Shown: positions 1 to 10,288, counted from the stretch's first letter. The stretch: 64,000 nt of DNA from Minisyncoccota bacterium (GCA_963668425.1 OY764332.1:460336-524335); one strand, 5' to 3'. Translations and numbers: made by a program. Notes: generated from the letters alone by a model not told the origin.

Positions 1-650
1 GCGGACCTGAAAAAGTCATTGGTGTGCCAGATACCTTATCGTCAATCGGAGTATCGCAGGAGACACAGCGCGCGTTTGCTGCCACCCTAGGACGGATGGA
101 GGAGAAGGGGTATATCGTGCGGGAGGTGTCGTTGCCGATTATGGAAAAGGCAGGGGCGATTTACTATATTATCCAACCAGCAGAGGCATCTTCTAATCTT
201 GCGCGGTTTGATGGGGTGCGGTATGGGTACCATAAGGATGGTGTAGATGTGTGGGGTGATTATATACAAACTCGGAGCAGTGGATTTGGTGAGGAAGTGT
301 CACGACGGATTGTTGTCGGTTCGTATGTGTTGTCTGCGGGGTATTATGATGCGTATTATAAGAAGGCGGTTGCGGCACGTGCTACGATGCGGCGTGCATT
401 TTTGGAGGTGTTGCAGGAGGTTACGGTGTTGGCGATGCCAACGACGCCGGATGTAGCATTTACAGAGGGCGCTATTCAGGATCCGATTGCGATGTATGCA
501 GAAGATCGTCTTACGTTGCAGGCAAATCTTACTGGGTTGCCGGCGATATCGGTGCCAATGCAGGTTGCTGGGTTGCCGAGAGGGGTGCAGTTTATTGGTG
601 GGTATAATAGTGAGGAGATGTTGTTTTCTTGTGCGCGAGATGTTGTGTGA
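1..650 (+). CDS. gatA: Glutamyl-tRNA(Gln) amidotransferase subunit A, C-terminal part (5-prime partial, continues upstream of window)
   Basis: The reading frame is open from position 3. It carries the amidase-family motifs EASSNLARFDGVRYG and YYDAYYKKA typical of the GatA C-terminus. gatB follows downstream. Confidence 0.8.
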   Translation, partial: GPEKVIGVPDTLSSIGVSQETQRAFAATLGRMEEKGYIVREVSLPIMEKAGAIYYIIQPAEASSNLARFDGVRYGYHKDGVDVWGDYIQTRSSGFGEEVSRRIVVGSYVLSAGYYDAYYKKAVAARATMRRAFLEVLQEVTVLAMPTTPDVAFTEGAIQDPIAMYAEDRLTLQANLTGLPAISVPMQVAGLPRGVQFIGGYNSEEMLFSCARDVV

Positions 651-705
651 AAAAAATATCGGGACGCATGAGCGTCCCGATAGTTGTGGCAGTGTGGCAG
701 GATAG

Positions 706-1476
706 TTAGAATGCATATGAAACACCTACATTACCCCAGGTGTAGTATTTCTTTCGTTGCATATCCTGGAATAGGTTAAATCCCACCTGCAGTTTTACCG
801 CATCTCGGGGTTCTATTTCCAACGCTATTTTGCTTCTTAACGTTGTTTCTGGTTCTTGTCCAACGTTAACTAGCGTTGTTGCAATAGCAGTATCGGTGGT
901 GATTGCCATATTTTGTTGTACTTGTGTGCGCGTAGCAAGCCCCACACCACCCATTCCGATCATTTCTTCTATCGGGATGTGGGCGGGTGCTAGGAAACCA
1001 ATGAAGATGTAAGGTTTCCGTGTGCTTGATGCAGCAAGTGTCGCTTTCAGTAGGGTCTCGTACTTATCGTTTTGAAAGTGGTCTTGCTTGCTTGGCATGC
1101 TTGTGTGCATGTACATATGCTGTGCGCTCAAGTGTACCTTATCAATCCGCCTTTTGGCGGCAACGACGATGCTCGTGTGTCCGTTCGTTCCGTCTTGGAC
1201 TTGGTCATTGCTCCACAGACGTGTGGTGGTGGTGTTTATGCTACCACTAAAGACAGCTAAACCAATTGGGTACTCTGCTGACATCCCTATTCCAGTGCTT
1301 GGATTTTCTGCGAAATGAGGGAGTAGGTTTCCCCTTACATCCTTACTTGTATGCAGTAGGTCTGCTTGGACCCCAAGGGGTCCCTGTTGTGCGTGCGCTA
1401 TTGGCATTAGCGATACCAATAGCATACTCGCTATGATTGCGATATACGCTTTTCGTGCCATGTTGGATTCCTCCAA
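706..1476 (-). CDS. Secreted hypothetical protein (signal peptide, C-terminal ...SYAF)
   Basis: 256-aa ORF with an N-terminal hydrophobic signal (MARKAYIAIIASMLLVSLMPIAHAQQ) and a C-terminal aromatic residue. I recognise no family. Confidence 0.5.
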   Translation of the reverse strand: MEESNMARKAYIAIIASMLLVSLMPIAHAQQGPLGVQADLLHTSKDVRGNLLPHFAENPSTGIGMSAEYPIGLAVFSGSINTTTTRLWSNDQVQDGTNGHTSIVVAAKRRIDKVHLSAQHMYMHTSMPSKQDHFQNDKYETLLKATLAASSTRKPYIFIGFLAPAHIPIEEMIGMGGVGLATRTQVQQNMAITTDTAIATTLVNVGQEPETTLRSKIALEIEPRDAVKLQVGFNLFQDMQRKKYYTWGNVGVSYAF

Positions 1477-1493
1477 ACTTTTTGATTTTATTT

Positions 1494-1528
1494 ACAAATG
1501 TTCACAAATGTTCAAACAGATGTTCATG
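1494..1528. promoter_or_regulatory. Three direct repeats of AAATGTTCA at 10-11 bp spacing, upstream of the minus-strand gene 706..1476
   Basis: Sequence acaaATGTTCAcaaATGTTCAaacagATGTTCAtg sits immediately 5-prime of the ORF start at 1476. Confidence 0.35.
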
Positions 1529-1705
1529 TCGGAGAACCATTTTCTCCGGTACTGTTTCAAGTGTAGCACACATTGGACAGTCAGTCATGTTTGTGTTTAT
1601 GCCAGTGCTTGCTATGCTGTTGAATGTGTGGGATATACGCTGACTATTGGATTATGTAGCGTGTGTTGATTTTTTGAAATTGTTTGTTAGTGTAGGTTTG
1701 TTAGA

Positions 1706-1747
1706 AAAATACCCGAATATTTGAAAATATTCGGGTATTGTTTTTTA
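1706..1747. terminator. Rho-independent terminator hairpin
   Basis: ATACCCGAATATTT-gaaa-AAATATTCGGGTAT followed by a TTTTTT run, at the 3-prime end of the lipoprotein gene. Confidence 0.6.
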
Positions 1748-2056
1748 TTGCGTTGCCATTAAAACTTCGGCAATGCATGTGTTGTGCTTACTTTGGTGTG
1801 TAATCCTCAGGTCAATTTTCCGAATATTGTTTCCGAGGATTTGTCTTGCTTTCTGGTATGCATTCTGTATTGCGATTTCTTCAGGGTGTCCAGTTGCAGA
1901 GACCCAGACAGCTGAGTACTGTTTGCCGTCTATGACAGTCGTGAAGATTTTATTCTCGCCGGCTATCTGTGCTTTTTCCCAGAGGTTGGGTGAAGTTGGT
2001 ACTCCGCAGCTGATACACAATACACATAGTATGAACAATGCAAGACATTTCATCAA
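1745..2056 (-). CDS. Small putative lipoprotein, hypothetical
   Basis: Signal peptide with lipobox-like LCISCG; 103 aa. Confidence 0.45.
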   Translation of the reverse strand: MMKCLALFILCVLCISCGVPTSPNLWEKAQIAGENKIFTTVIDGKQYSAVWVSATGHPEEIAIQNAYQKARQILGNNIRKIDLRITHQSKHNTCIAEVLMATQ

Positions 2057-2140
2057 TAATTCCTCCTTTTGGAAATCTTACATAGGTAGCATATACCTTC
2101 TTATTTTGTTGTGTCAGGAATTTGCTACACTGTAGTCATT

Positions 2141-3556
2141 ATGCCATACACACCAACTATTGGACTTGAAGTGCATGTGGAGCTTTTGACGGAGAGCAAA
2201 CTTTTTTGTGGATGTCGGAATGATCCGAATAGTGATGACCCTAACCTCTATATTTGTCCAGTGTGTGTTGGGTATCCTGGGGCATTGCCATATTTAAATA
2301 GGAAGGCGGTAGAACATGTCTTGCGGATTGGTGTCGCGCTTGGCGGGGAGTTGGCGACCTTTACTGAATTTGATAGGAAGCATTATTTTTATCCTGATAT
2401 ACCGAAGGGGTATCAAATTAGTCAGTATGCGTTTCCGCTAGTGAAGAATGCTAATCTCTCAGGTGTGGGTATTGAGCGAATACACCTTGAAGAAGATACT
2501 GCAAAGAGTTCACATGATGTGTGTTCGCGTGGATCGGTGATTGATTTTAATCGTTCGGGGGTGCCGTTGATGGAGTTGGTAACTGAGCCGGTAATACACA
2601 CTCCTGAGGAAGCGAGGAGATTTGGTGATTTGTTGCAGCGGACACTTCGGTACCTTAAGGTGGCACGTGCGCGAATGGAGTGGGGGGAAATGCGAGTTGA
2701 GGCGAATATCTCGGTGAGCGATACTGATGTGCTTGGTACGAAGGTTGAGGTGAAAAACCTGAACTCATTTAAGTCGGTGTGCGGGGCGATTGTTTATGAG
2801 GTGGAGCGGCAGACGGCGTTACTTGAGAAACAGGAGCGTGTGGCACAGGAGACGCGTGGGTGGAATGAGAACACCGGCAAAACCTTTTCACAGCGATCAA
2901 AAGAAACCTCAGCAGAGTATCGGTATATGCCGGAGCCGGATTTGCCAAAGTATTATATTGATCGTGTGTCGGGTTGGGATGCGGATTCATTGCGAGCAAT
3001 GCTTCCTGAGTTGCCGGAGCAGAAGATGAAGCGCTATATTGAGGAGTTGCAGATTGATGTGAAGAAGGCGGATATTTTGGTGAAGCATCAGCCCTTGGGA
3101 GATCTCTTTGATGCGGTTGTTGGACGTATTGTTCATCCGGATGCGGTGCGTCTGACGGCGAATTATCTCACTTCAGATGTGATGCAGTATGTGGAGGAAG
3201 GTGATGAGACACTCTTTGAGCGAGTAGTCGCTGATGCGGTTGTGGACATTATACAAATGCTTATTGACGGGGTGCTCTCATCGCGTGGTGTGAAGGATGT
3301 TATTGCGATATTGGTGCAGGATGGTGGATCACCGCGGGATATTGCTGAGCGGAAGGGTTTGTTTCAGGAATCCGATGAAGGGGCGTTGCAGGAAGTTATC
3401 AGAAAGGTGGTTGCGGATAATGAAAAAGTGATTCAGGAGTATAGAGCGGGGAAAAAGCAGGCGTTACAGTTTCTTGTTGGGCAGGTGATGAAGGAGACCA
3501 AAGGATCTGCAAATCCGGGAAAGGTGCAGGAATTATTGAAAACATCTCTTGCGTAG
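2141..3556 (+). CDS. gatB: Aspartyl/glutamyl-tRNA(Asn/Gln) amidotransferase subunit B
   Basis: Begins MPYTPTIGLEVHVEL...YICPVCVGYPGALP, the canonical GatB N-terminus, and carries a YqeY-like C-terminus. The ATG at about 2141 is preferred over the ORF-track start at 2111. Confidence 0.9.
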   Translation: MPYTPTIGLEVHVELLTESKLFCGCRNDPNSDDPNLYICPVCVGYPGALPYLNRKAVEHVLRIGVALGGELATFTEFDRKHYFYPDIPKGYQISQYAFPLVKNANLSGVGIERIHLEEDTAKSSHDVCSRGSVIDFNRSGVPLMELVTEPVIHTPEEARRFGDLLQRTLRYLKVARARMEWGEMRVEANISVSDTDVLGTKVEVKNLNSFKSVCGAIVYEVERQTALLEKQERVAQETRGWNENTGKTFSQRSKETSAEYRYMPEPDLPKYYIDRVSGWDADSLRAMLPELPEQKMKRYIEELQIDVKKADILVKHQPLGDLFDAVVGRIVHPDAVRLTANYLTSDVMQYVEEGDETLFERVVADAVVDIIQMLIDGVLSSRGVKDVIAILVQDGGSPRDIAERKGLFQESDEGALQEVIRKVVADNEKVIQEYRAGKKQALQFLVGQVMKETKGSANPGKVQELLKTSLA

Positions 3557-3598
3557 CATATATCGTGCTACTGTGATTAACGTTAGAGCGGTGGATGG

Positions 3599-4105
3599 CT
3601 ATAGGTACACTCTATTCTGACCCCTTTCTCTTTTTTTGGTTCCCTGCTGTCTTTTACCTTCTTCGCGCCTATTTTTTGCGTGTGCTTGTTTGCGCTTTAT
3701 CTTTTCTCTCTTTCTCTCTTTTTCTTCTTCTGATGATTGATTTTGGTTAGGGTTTAGTACTTTTTCAATGGCGTTATTAAGTCGTTTGAAAGCCGCTTTT
3801 TCGTTCTGAGGTTTGTTTTTGTACTCCTTTGCTTTTATGATAATGTTACCATCTTCATTTATCTTCACTAATGCATTGAGCTCATTCTGTTTTTCCTGAA
3901 TTTCTGGACTGAGGTGTGCGATATTGATGCGCATGTCAACTGCTGTTTTGTTTTTATTTACATTTTGTCCGCCGGGCTTTGAGCCGGGGTTAATGGCTTT
4001 TATCTTAATATCTCTGCCTCGTAGGTGAGACAGGTGGTTATAGTTTTTATATTCTTTAGTAGCTCTATGTTCAACTTGGTTGAGATTGAAGAATTTATTT
4101 TTCAT
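3599..4105 (-). CDS. arfB: Peptidyl-tRNA hydrolase ArfB / ICT1-family ribosome rescue factor (GGQ motif)
   Basis: KPGGQNVNKNKTAV is the GGQ class-I release-factor catalytic motif, in a short protein with a strongly basic C-terminal tail. Confidence 0.75.
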   Translation of the reverse strand: MKNKFFNLNQVEHRATKEYKNYNHLSHLRGRDIKIKAINPGSKPGGQNVNKNKTAVDMRINIAHLSPEIQEKQNELNALVKINEDGNIIIKAKEYKNKPQNEKAAFKRLNNAIEKVLNPNQNQSSEEEKERKREKIKRKQAHAKNRREEGKRQQGTKKRERGQNRVYL

Positions 4106-4128
4106 TTTCTTTTGTAGTATACATCTCT

Positions 4129-5124
4129 GTGGCGGTAAGGCGAGCGAGTGTTAGGGGAAAAGTATCATTTCTTCTTTGTTTATTTGTTTTTTTGGTTACC
4201 CTTACTACAGAAGATGGCTGTGTTTTAGGAATTGAGATTTGGTATACTGGTAGTGTGAGTAGTGTTATCATTCAATTGACTATTAATAGCGTGATTGTCG
4301 GGGCATTGTATACGTTGATTGCGGTTGGGTTTACTCTTTCCTATGGGGTAGGGAAATTTTTTAACCTTGCCCATGGAGTGATGACGGCAATTGGGGCGTA
4401 CGCGGTGTTTTATCTGACAAAGGGGTTGCAGGTTAATGTGTGGCTTGCCCTTATTCTTGCCCTTGTGTTTGTCGGTGTGGTTGGATGGTTGTTGGAGCGG
4501 TTTATTTATGCACCACTGCGTGCTAAGAAAGCGTCAAATTTGGTACTGTTGGTTGCCTCACTAGGAGCGTTTACTGCGTTGCAGGGTCTTCTTTCTATTA
4601 TCTTTTCTTCACAGATTCAAACCTTGTCGCAGGGGCGCGCTGTGCAACAAGTGTTTACTATTTTTGGCGCGACTATAACGCATATACAAGTTGTTACTGT
4701 CGTCGTAGCGGCGTTGGTTGTTGTCTCTCTTGTTGTGCTGTTGCGATTTACCTTGTTTGGGAAGGCGGTACGTGCGGTATCTGACGATGAGGAGGTTTCA
4801 AAAATTGTTGGCATTAATACTGCACGGGTGATCGGCATTGTGTTTTTTATTGCCTCTGCTGTTGCTGGATTAGCTGGTATATTGGTTGGGTTTGATACCG
4901 CAATAGAGCCGACGATGGGTATGGCACTTTTGTTGAAGGGGATTATTGCTGCTATTGTTGGTGGTATTGGTAGTGTCTATGGTGCGGTACTTGGTGCGTT
5001 TTTACTTGGGTTTGCAGAGAATTTTGGTATATGGAAAATATCGGGTGAATGGAAGGATGCGATTGCGTTTGGTTTGCTGATTATATTTCTTCTTTTTCGT
5101 CCGCGAGGGATATTACATACATGA
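4129..5124 (+). CDS. livH: Branched-chain amino-acid ABC transporter permease (LivH family)
   Basis: Carries the NLAHGVMTAIGAY motif and multiple transmembrane segments. The true start may be an in-frame GTG near 4255. Confidence 0.8.
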   Translation: MAVRRASVRGKVSFLLCLFVFLVTLTTEDGCVLGIEIWYTGSVSSVIIQLTINSVIVGALYTLIAVGFTLSYGVGKFFNLAHGVMTAIGAYAVFYLTKGLQVNVWLALILALVFVGVVGWLLERFIYAPLRAKKASNLVLLVASLGAFTALQGLLSIIFSSQIQTLSQGRAVQQVFTIFGATITHIQVVTVVVAALVVVSLVVLLRFTLFGKAVRAVSDDEEVSKIVGINTARVIGIVFFIASAVAGLAGILVGFDTAIEPTMGMALLLKGIIAAIVGGIGSVYGAVLGAFLLGFAENFGIWKISGEWKDAIAFGLLIIFLLFRPRGILHT

Positions 5125-5131
5125 TTGTACC

Positions 5132-6010
5132 ATGCAAGAGCTTATTTACTATTTTACCCACCTTTTGATCATGGTCTCCCTGTATGCTATTTTGGCGCTG
5201 GGTCTTAATTTAGTGGTTGGGTATACTGGTTTACTTTCGGTGATGCACTCGGCATTTTATGGTGTTGGCGCGTATGCATCTGCGTTGTTTATGACGCAGT
5301 TAGGTATTACTTTTTTTGTTGCGATCATTTTGAGTGTTCTGATTGCTGTTGTGATAAGTTTGGGGATTGGGTTGGTGTTGAGTAAATTTGACGGAGATTA
5401 CTATGCGCTTGGGTCACTCGGATTTGGTGTGATCCTCTATTCCATCTTTTTGAGCTGGAAGGGGTTAACACGGGGTGCGTTGGGTATTCCGCAGATACCG
5501 AAACCGGTGCTGTTTGGTTTTGATTTTTCACAGATTACAGTTTTTTTACTGTTGGTGTTGGTGGCATTGGCAGGCGTCTACCTTTTTTCCCACTTTGTCG
5601 TACGTTCTTCTTTCGGCAGGGTGCTGATGGCTATTCGTGAGGATGAGCGGGCGATTCAGGTATTTGGGTATAACACGTTGTATTTTAAGTTAACCGTGTC
5701 TGTCCTCGGTGCCGCAATAGCCGCAATAGCCGGATCGCTGTTCGCCTCATACATCACATATATTAACCCATCCTCATTTACTACTATGGAGTCGGTGTAT
5801 CTGCTTTCTGTTATTATTTTGGGTGGGTTGGCAAGCTTGCGTGGGTCTCTTATTGGTGCGCTGTCGTTGGTGTTGTTGTTTGAAGGGTTGCGGTATGTTG
5901 GTCTTTCTGGTGAGGTTGCGGCGCATGCACGGGAGGTGCTCTACGGCGTTATATTGATAGTGTTGATGCTTTATCGTCCCCAGGGACTTGTTGGGAATTA
6001 TAAATTATGA
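5132..6010 (+). CDS. livM: Branched-chain amino-acid ABC transporter permease (LivM family)
   Basis: Polytopic membrane protein with LivM-like topology, adjacent to livH. Confidence 0.8.
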   Translation: MQELIYYFTHLLIMVSLYAILALGLNLVVGYTGLLSVMHSAFYGVGAYASALFMTQLGITFFVAIILSVLIAVVISLGIGLVLSKFDGDYYALGSLGFGVILYSIFLSWKGLTRGALGIPQIPKPVLFGFDFSQITVFLLLVLVALAGVYLFSHFVVRSSFGRVLMAIREDERAIQVFGYNTLYFKLTVSVLGAAIAAIAGSLFASYITYINPSSFTTMESVYLLSVIILGGLASLRGSLIGALSLVLLFEGLRYVGLSGEVAAHAREVLYGVILIVLMLYRPQGLVGNYKL

Positions 6011-6741
6011 GTGCTATGGCAGTAAAAAATATTGTAAAACGATTTGAAGGAGTTTGTGCTCTGGATGGTTTGTCTTTGGAGATTGCACGGGGTGCGGTGG
6101 TCGGTATTGTTGGACCGAATGGGTCTGGGAAGAGTACTTTGATTAATGTGCTTAGTGGCATGTTGCAGATTGATGACGGGTCGCTTTACATCGGTGGTGA
6201 GATGGTGCGTATGAGAGGTCCACATCGGATGAGTGCCTACGGTATTACTCGTACCTTTCAGGAGGTGCGGCTGTTTGAGCAAATGACGGTGTTGGATAAT
6301 GTGCTAGTGGTATTGGCAAGGCGGTCTGTGATTGCTTCATTGTTTCGGCGGCAGGAGGTGCGCTTTGATGCGGATGCTCGTTTGGCACTTGAGATGGTTG
6401 GTTTGTGGGAGAAGCGGAGTGATCTTGCCTCAACGCTATCGTATGGACAGCGAAAATTGTTGGAGATTGCGCGGGTACTCGTTATGCAAGATATGCAAGT
6501 ATACCTTTTTGATGAGCCGTTTGCTGGATTGTTCCCAGCGATGGTGAAGACGGTTGTTGGTGTTATACAGGATTTGCGGCGACAGAGGAAGAGTGTAGTG
6601 CTGATTGAGCACAATATGGATCTGATTCGTCAGTTGTCTGATACAGTGATTGCTATGGATGAAGGGAAATTACTTGCGCAGGGTACTCCTGAGGAGGTGC
6701 TTGCGCGACAGGAGGTTGTTGGGGTGTATTTAGGAGTGTAG
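6007..6741 (+). CDS. livG: ABC transporter ATP-binding protein (LivG family)
   Basis: Walker A GPNGSGKST and an LSYGQRKLLEIARVL signature. It overlaps the upstream permease by 4 nt. Confidence 0.85.
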   Translation: MSAMAVKNIVKRFEGVCALDGLSLEIARGAVVGIVGPNGSGKSTLINVLSGMLQIDDGSLYIGGEMVRMRGPHRMSAYGITRTFQEVRLFEQMTVLDNVLVVLARRSVIASLFRRQEVRFDADARLALEMVGLWEKRSDLASTLSYGQRKLLEIARVLVMQDMQVYLFDEPFAGLFPAMVKTVVGVIQDLRRQRKSVVLIEHNMDLIRQLSDTVIAMDEGKLLAQGTPEEVLARQEVVGVYLGV

Positions 6742-6744
6742 TGT

Positions 6745-7467
6745 ATGGATAAGGAGTTATTATTACAAGTGCATAATCTCAGTGTTCGGTATCGCGGGAT
6801 GCCGGTCCTTAGTGAAGTGTCTTTATTGCTTGACGAAGGAGAGATTGTTGCACTGATGGGGCCGAATGGTGCCGGAAAGTCAACAATATTGAAGTCCATT
6901 TTTGGATTGGCGCCTATCTGTGGTGGAGATCTGTTGTGGCGGAATAAGGTTTTTACACCACTGCCACATCAAGTAGTGCGGCGTGGTATCGCATTTGTGC
7001 CGCAAGGTCGGCGAGTTTTTTCTGGATTGTCTGTTGAGGAGAACTTGGAGATCGGGGGTGCGGTCATTCGTGATGAAGTGGAGATGAGGGAGCGAATTGA
7101 GGAGGTGATGCGTATGTTTCCGGTACTGCGAGAGAAACGGAATGCTCCGTCTGGCACACTTTCTGGTGGACAGCAGCAGATGCTTGCACTTGCGCGTGGA
7201 CTGATGATTGATCCGAAGGTGTTGCTTTTGGATGAGCCGTCGCTTGGGCTGGCGCCGAAGGTTGTGAAAGAAATTTTTGCAAAAATGCAGGAGATTAATG
7301 AAAATCGCAAGACCGCTATTTTGGTTGTTGAGCATAATATTAATTCACTTTTGGATATCGCTCATCGGGCGTATGTGTTGGATAAAGGGAGGATTGTGGT
7401 TGAGAGTACAGCGGATGAGTTGCGGGAGAGTGGTGTATTGGAGAAGGTGTTTCTTGGTAGTTTGTAA
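6745..7467 (+). CDS. livF: ABC transporter ATP-binding protein (LivF family)
   Basis: Walker A GPNGAGKST and the signature LSGGQQQMLALARGL. Confidence 0.85.
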   Translation: MDKELLLQVHNLSVRYRGMPVLSEVSLLLDEGEIVALMGPNGAGKSTILKSIFGLAPICGGDLLWRNKVFTPLPHQVVRRGIAFVPQGRRVFSGLSVEENLEIGGAVIRDEVEMRERIEEVMRMFPVLREKRNAPSGTLSGGQQQMLALARGLMIDPKVLLLDEPSLGLAPKVVKEIFAKMQEINENRKTAILVVEHNINSLLDIAHRAYVLDKGRIVVESTADELRESGVLEKVFLGSL

Positions 7468-7530
7468 TATGCCTGTCGTCTCTGGTGTTGTTCCTTGTTG
7501 TGTTGTGTTTAGGTAGTACACTATCTCTAT

Positions 7531-7992
7531 ATGGACTCCTTTCATTTTTTATCAAGTGAGGTTGTGGGTCTTTTTATTATGCTTGCGGGGTTTGTGGTGG
7601 GGCTTGGGGCAGTGGTCGTGATTGATGTGCATGGCTTTTTGGGACGACGTTCGTTGTATTGGAGTGAGACGACGATACGGACGCATAAGGTGACGAAGCC
7701 GTTGATCTGGATCGGTTTGCTGCTGGCTATTATTGGTGGGCTTATGGTGTATTGGGGTGAGTCGTTTGTGGGTATACCGCTTGTGCACAGTATTGTTGCC
7801 ATTGTGTTGGTGTTGAACGGCTGTTTTTTGTCGTTTTCGGTGAGTCCATTTTTATTGCGGCGTGAACAAGAAGGAAAGGCGAGGGCTTTATTACCGAAAT
7901 CGTGGCAACGAAAGATTATGATTAGTTTAGTGCTCTCTGATGTTGGGTGGTGGGGGAGCTTGTTTTTATTAGCATATTACCTAGTTGGTTAA
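7531..7992 (+). CDS. Hypothetical membrane protein (4 TM)
   Basis: 153-aa hydrophobic ORF between livF and mraY. Confidence 0.4.
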   Translation: MDSFHFLSSEVVGLFIMLAGFVVGLGAVVVIDVHGFLGRRSLYWSETTIRTHKVTKPLIWIGLLLAIIGGLMVYWGESFVGIPLVHSIVAIVLVLNGCFLSFSVSPFLLRREQEGKARALLPKSWQRKIMISLVLSDVGWWGSLFLLAYYLVG

Positions 7993-8042
7993 GGAGTGTT
8001 TTTATTAGAGGTGGTTGTGAAGTGGTACACTGTCTGTTATAT

Positions 8043-9095
8043 ATGGGTACAGGCATTATTGCACTTGGTATTGCTGTTTTTTGGTCGTCGGTTGGCATGG
8101 GGATTGGTGTGACGACATTGGTCATTCCGATTCTCAAAAAAGTGCAGGCGCAGAAAGAGAAAGATCGTAAGGAGACCTTGTATGGAACGGAGGCAGTTGA
8201 ATTTAATAAGATACGAAAAATGGAAGAGCAGGAAATAAAGAAAGAGCCGGTTGCGCGCATTGGCGGTTTGACATTATTGCCGACTGTTTTGTTTGTCGGA
8301 CTTGCTGTTGCGTGGTTGCTACAGTCAATGTTGTTGGTATTTTCTGTGGCGCTGGTGTTTGCGGTGGCGCTGGTGGCGCTGTATGATGATTTGCTTGATG
8401 TTGGCTTGCTTCGGGGGAAGGTGTGGCGTGTGCGGAAACGTCTTTTATTGTTGGGATCTGTTGCGTTTGTAGGTGGTATTGGACTGTATCAACTTTTTCC
8501 CGATATGATGATTACTTTTTTGCCGTTTTCGGTGTTTGAGCAGGTGCCAGTTGGTCTGTGGTTTCCTGTACTGTTCGCAGCATGGTATGTTTTTTGGCAA
8601 GCATCGTCTATGATAGATGGCATAGATGGGTTGTCGGGTAGTGTTTTTTTGCTGTTATTTCTTGGCACTGCGGTGGTGAGTGTGTTGCAGGGAGATGCTG
8701 AGCCGTTTATACTTAGTGCGTTGGGAGCGGGAGTGGTGGTGCCGTGGCTGTTTGTGAATTATGCACCAGCAAAGGTGTATTTGACTGAGGTGGGTATTAC
8801 TATTTTATTGATGTTGTACGCTTTGATTTCATTTTTGCTTGGCAGTGGTGAGTATGCCGGCGATGGTTTGTGGGTTAGTGGTATCTTTGGCATTGTTTTG
8901 ATAGCGACTTGGGGGTCAAATGTGTTGCAACTTTTGTATCGGAAAAAAACTGGAAAAAAGCTGTTTCGTATCGCTCCGTTACATCATCACTTTGAAGCGC
9001 TTGGTTTGCCGGGATGTGCGGTGGTCACGCGCTATATGCTGGTGACGATATTGTCTGTGATGGGTGGACTTTCACTTCTCTTTTTGTTGCAGTAA
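8043..9095 (+). CDS. mraY: Phospho-N-acetylmuramoyl-pentapeptide transferase
   Basis: Motifs SSMIDGIDGLS and PLHHHFE. The likely ATG start is at about 8043; the ORF-track start at 7947 overlaps the previous gene. Confidence 0.85.
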   Translation: MGTGIIALGIAVFWSSVGMGIGVTTLVIPILKKVQAQKEKDRKETLYGTEAVEFNKIRKMEEQEIKKEPVARIGGLTLLPTVLFVGLAVAWLLQSMLLVFSVALVFAVALVALYDDLLDVGLLRGKVWRVRKRLLLLGSVAFVGGIGLYQLFPDMMITFLPFSVFEQVPVGLWFPVLFAAWYVFWQASSMIDGIDGLSGSVFLLLFLGTAVVSVLQGDAEPFILSALGAGVVVPWLFVNYAPAKVYLTEVGITILLMLYALISFLLGSGEYAGDGLWVSGIFGIVLIATWGSNVLQLLYRKKTGKKLFRIAPLHHHFEALGLPGCAVVTRYMLVTILSVMGGLSLLFLLQ

Positions 9096-9121
9096 GTTGT
9101 TTTTTACATACCATTTATTTT

Positions 9122-10288
9122 ATGCAAAATTTGATTCGTCAATATATTACCAAGAAGGAACAGTTGCGACAGCTGATTTTGTTGGTAATTGGTGTCCTGT
9201 TCTGTATGGGGTTGTTTTTTTTGTTTTATGCATATGTTGCTGAGGCAATAAAACTGCCGAATACAAAGATATTTAATAACTTGGGTGTGCAGGTTGTGGC
9301 GTTTGGTGTCGGGTTGTTGGCGATGTATTTAGTATCGCGGCTGAGGTATCAAGTGTATCGTCGACATATTTTTTTAATTGGTACGTTGTCGTTAGTGTCT
9401 ATGTTGCTGTTGTTCACACCACTTTCAATTGAGCGAAATGGTGCCGTGCGATGGTTGGATTTGGGCATTTTGCAATTTCAGCCGTCTGAGATTTTGAAAT
9501 TGGGATTTGTGTTGTTTTTTGCATTTTTATTCACGCAAAAAAATGTTCGGAATAATATAAAAAAATTACTTGGCTTTACCGTTGCGGGGTTTTTGGTGTT
9601 GTTGGGAGCTTCAGTGTTGCAGCCGGATTATGGGTCGGCGGTGATTATCGGAAGCGCGATAATGGGAATGGCGATTATTGCCCGATTGCCGAGAGTTTGG
9701 TGGGTCAGTATTATTAGTGCTTTGCTTGTCGCAAGTGTTGCGATTAGTTTTTTCGCACCGTCGTATATCGCGAATCGTTTTAAGGTTTTTTATGATGTTA
9801 ATTTTGGTGAGTTAACGCCGGAGCAACGATATGGTGAGGCGTATCACTCGTTGCAAAACTTAGAAGCAGTTCGGGTTGGAGGGCTCTTGGGGCAGGGTCC
9901 TGGGTATGTGGCACAGAGTTCGCATTTGAGTATTCCTGAGGTGACGACTGACTCTATTTTTGCGTTGATTGCGGCAGAGGTTGGCTTTATCGGGTCGTTT
10001 ATTCTGATTTCGTTGTTTTTGTGCTTCTTTTTGTTATGTTATACCATCGCTGATTTTACTAAAGATCGGTTCGGGAAGTATGTTGTTGTGGGTATTACAA
10101 CTCTTTTTGCCGCGCAATTTTTTGTGAACATTCTTGTTGTGCTTGGTTTGCCGGCGACTGGTATTCCGCTCATATTCTTTAGTCGTGGTGGTAGTTCGTT
10201 GGTTATTACACTTGCTTCTGTGGGTATTATTCTCAATGTGTTGAAGCAGAAGCCGGTGCGGCGGGAGATTTACCGAGGAGAGTTGTAA
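9122..10288 (+). CDS. ftsW: SEDS-family cell-cycle protein (FtsW/RodA)
   Basis: Ten-TM SEDS architecture with an FtsW/RodA-like periplasmic loop. The ATG at 9122 follows the mraY stop. Confidence 0.75.
   Translation: MQNLIRQYITKKEQLRQLILLVIGVLFCMGLFFLFYAYVAEAIKLPNTKIFNNLGVQVVAFGVGLLAMYLVSRLRYQVYRRHIFLIGTLSLVSMLLLFTPLSIERNGAVRWLDLGILQFQPSEILKLGFVLFFAFLFTQKNVRNNIKKLLGFTVAGFLVLLGASVLQPDYGSAVIIGSAIMGMAIIARLPRVWWVSIISALLVASVAISFFAPSYIANRFKVFYDVNFGELTPEQRYGEAYHSLQNLEAVRVGGLLGQGPGYVAQSSHLSIPEVTTDSIFALIAAEVGFIGSFILISLFLCFFLLCYTIADFTKDRFGKYVVVGITTLFAAQFFVNILVVLGLPATGIPLIFFSRGGSSLVITLASVGIILNVLKQKPVRREIYRGEL

Noticed and set aside
706-1476. An outer-membrane beta-barrel call for the secreted protein ending in ...YAF
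   Set aside because: A C-terminal aromatic residue alone is insufficient. The organism appears CPR-like, likely monoderm, and I could not trace amphipathic beta-strand periodicity confidently.
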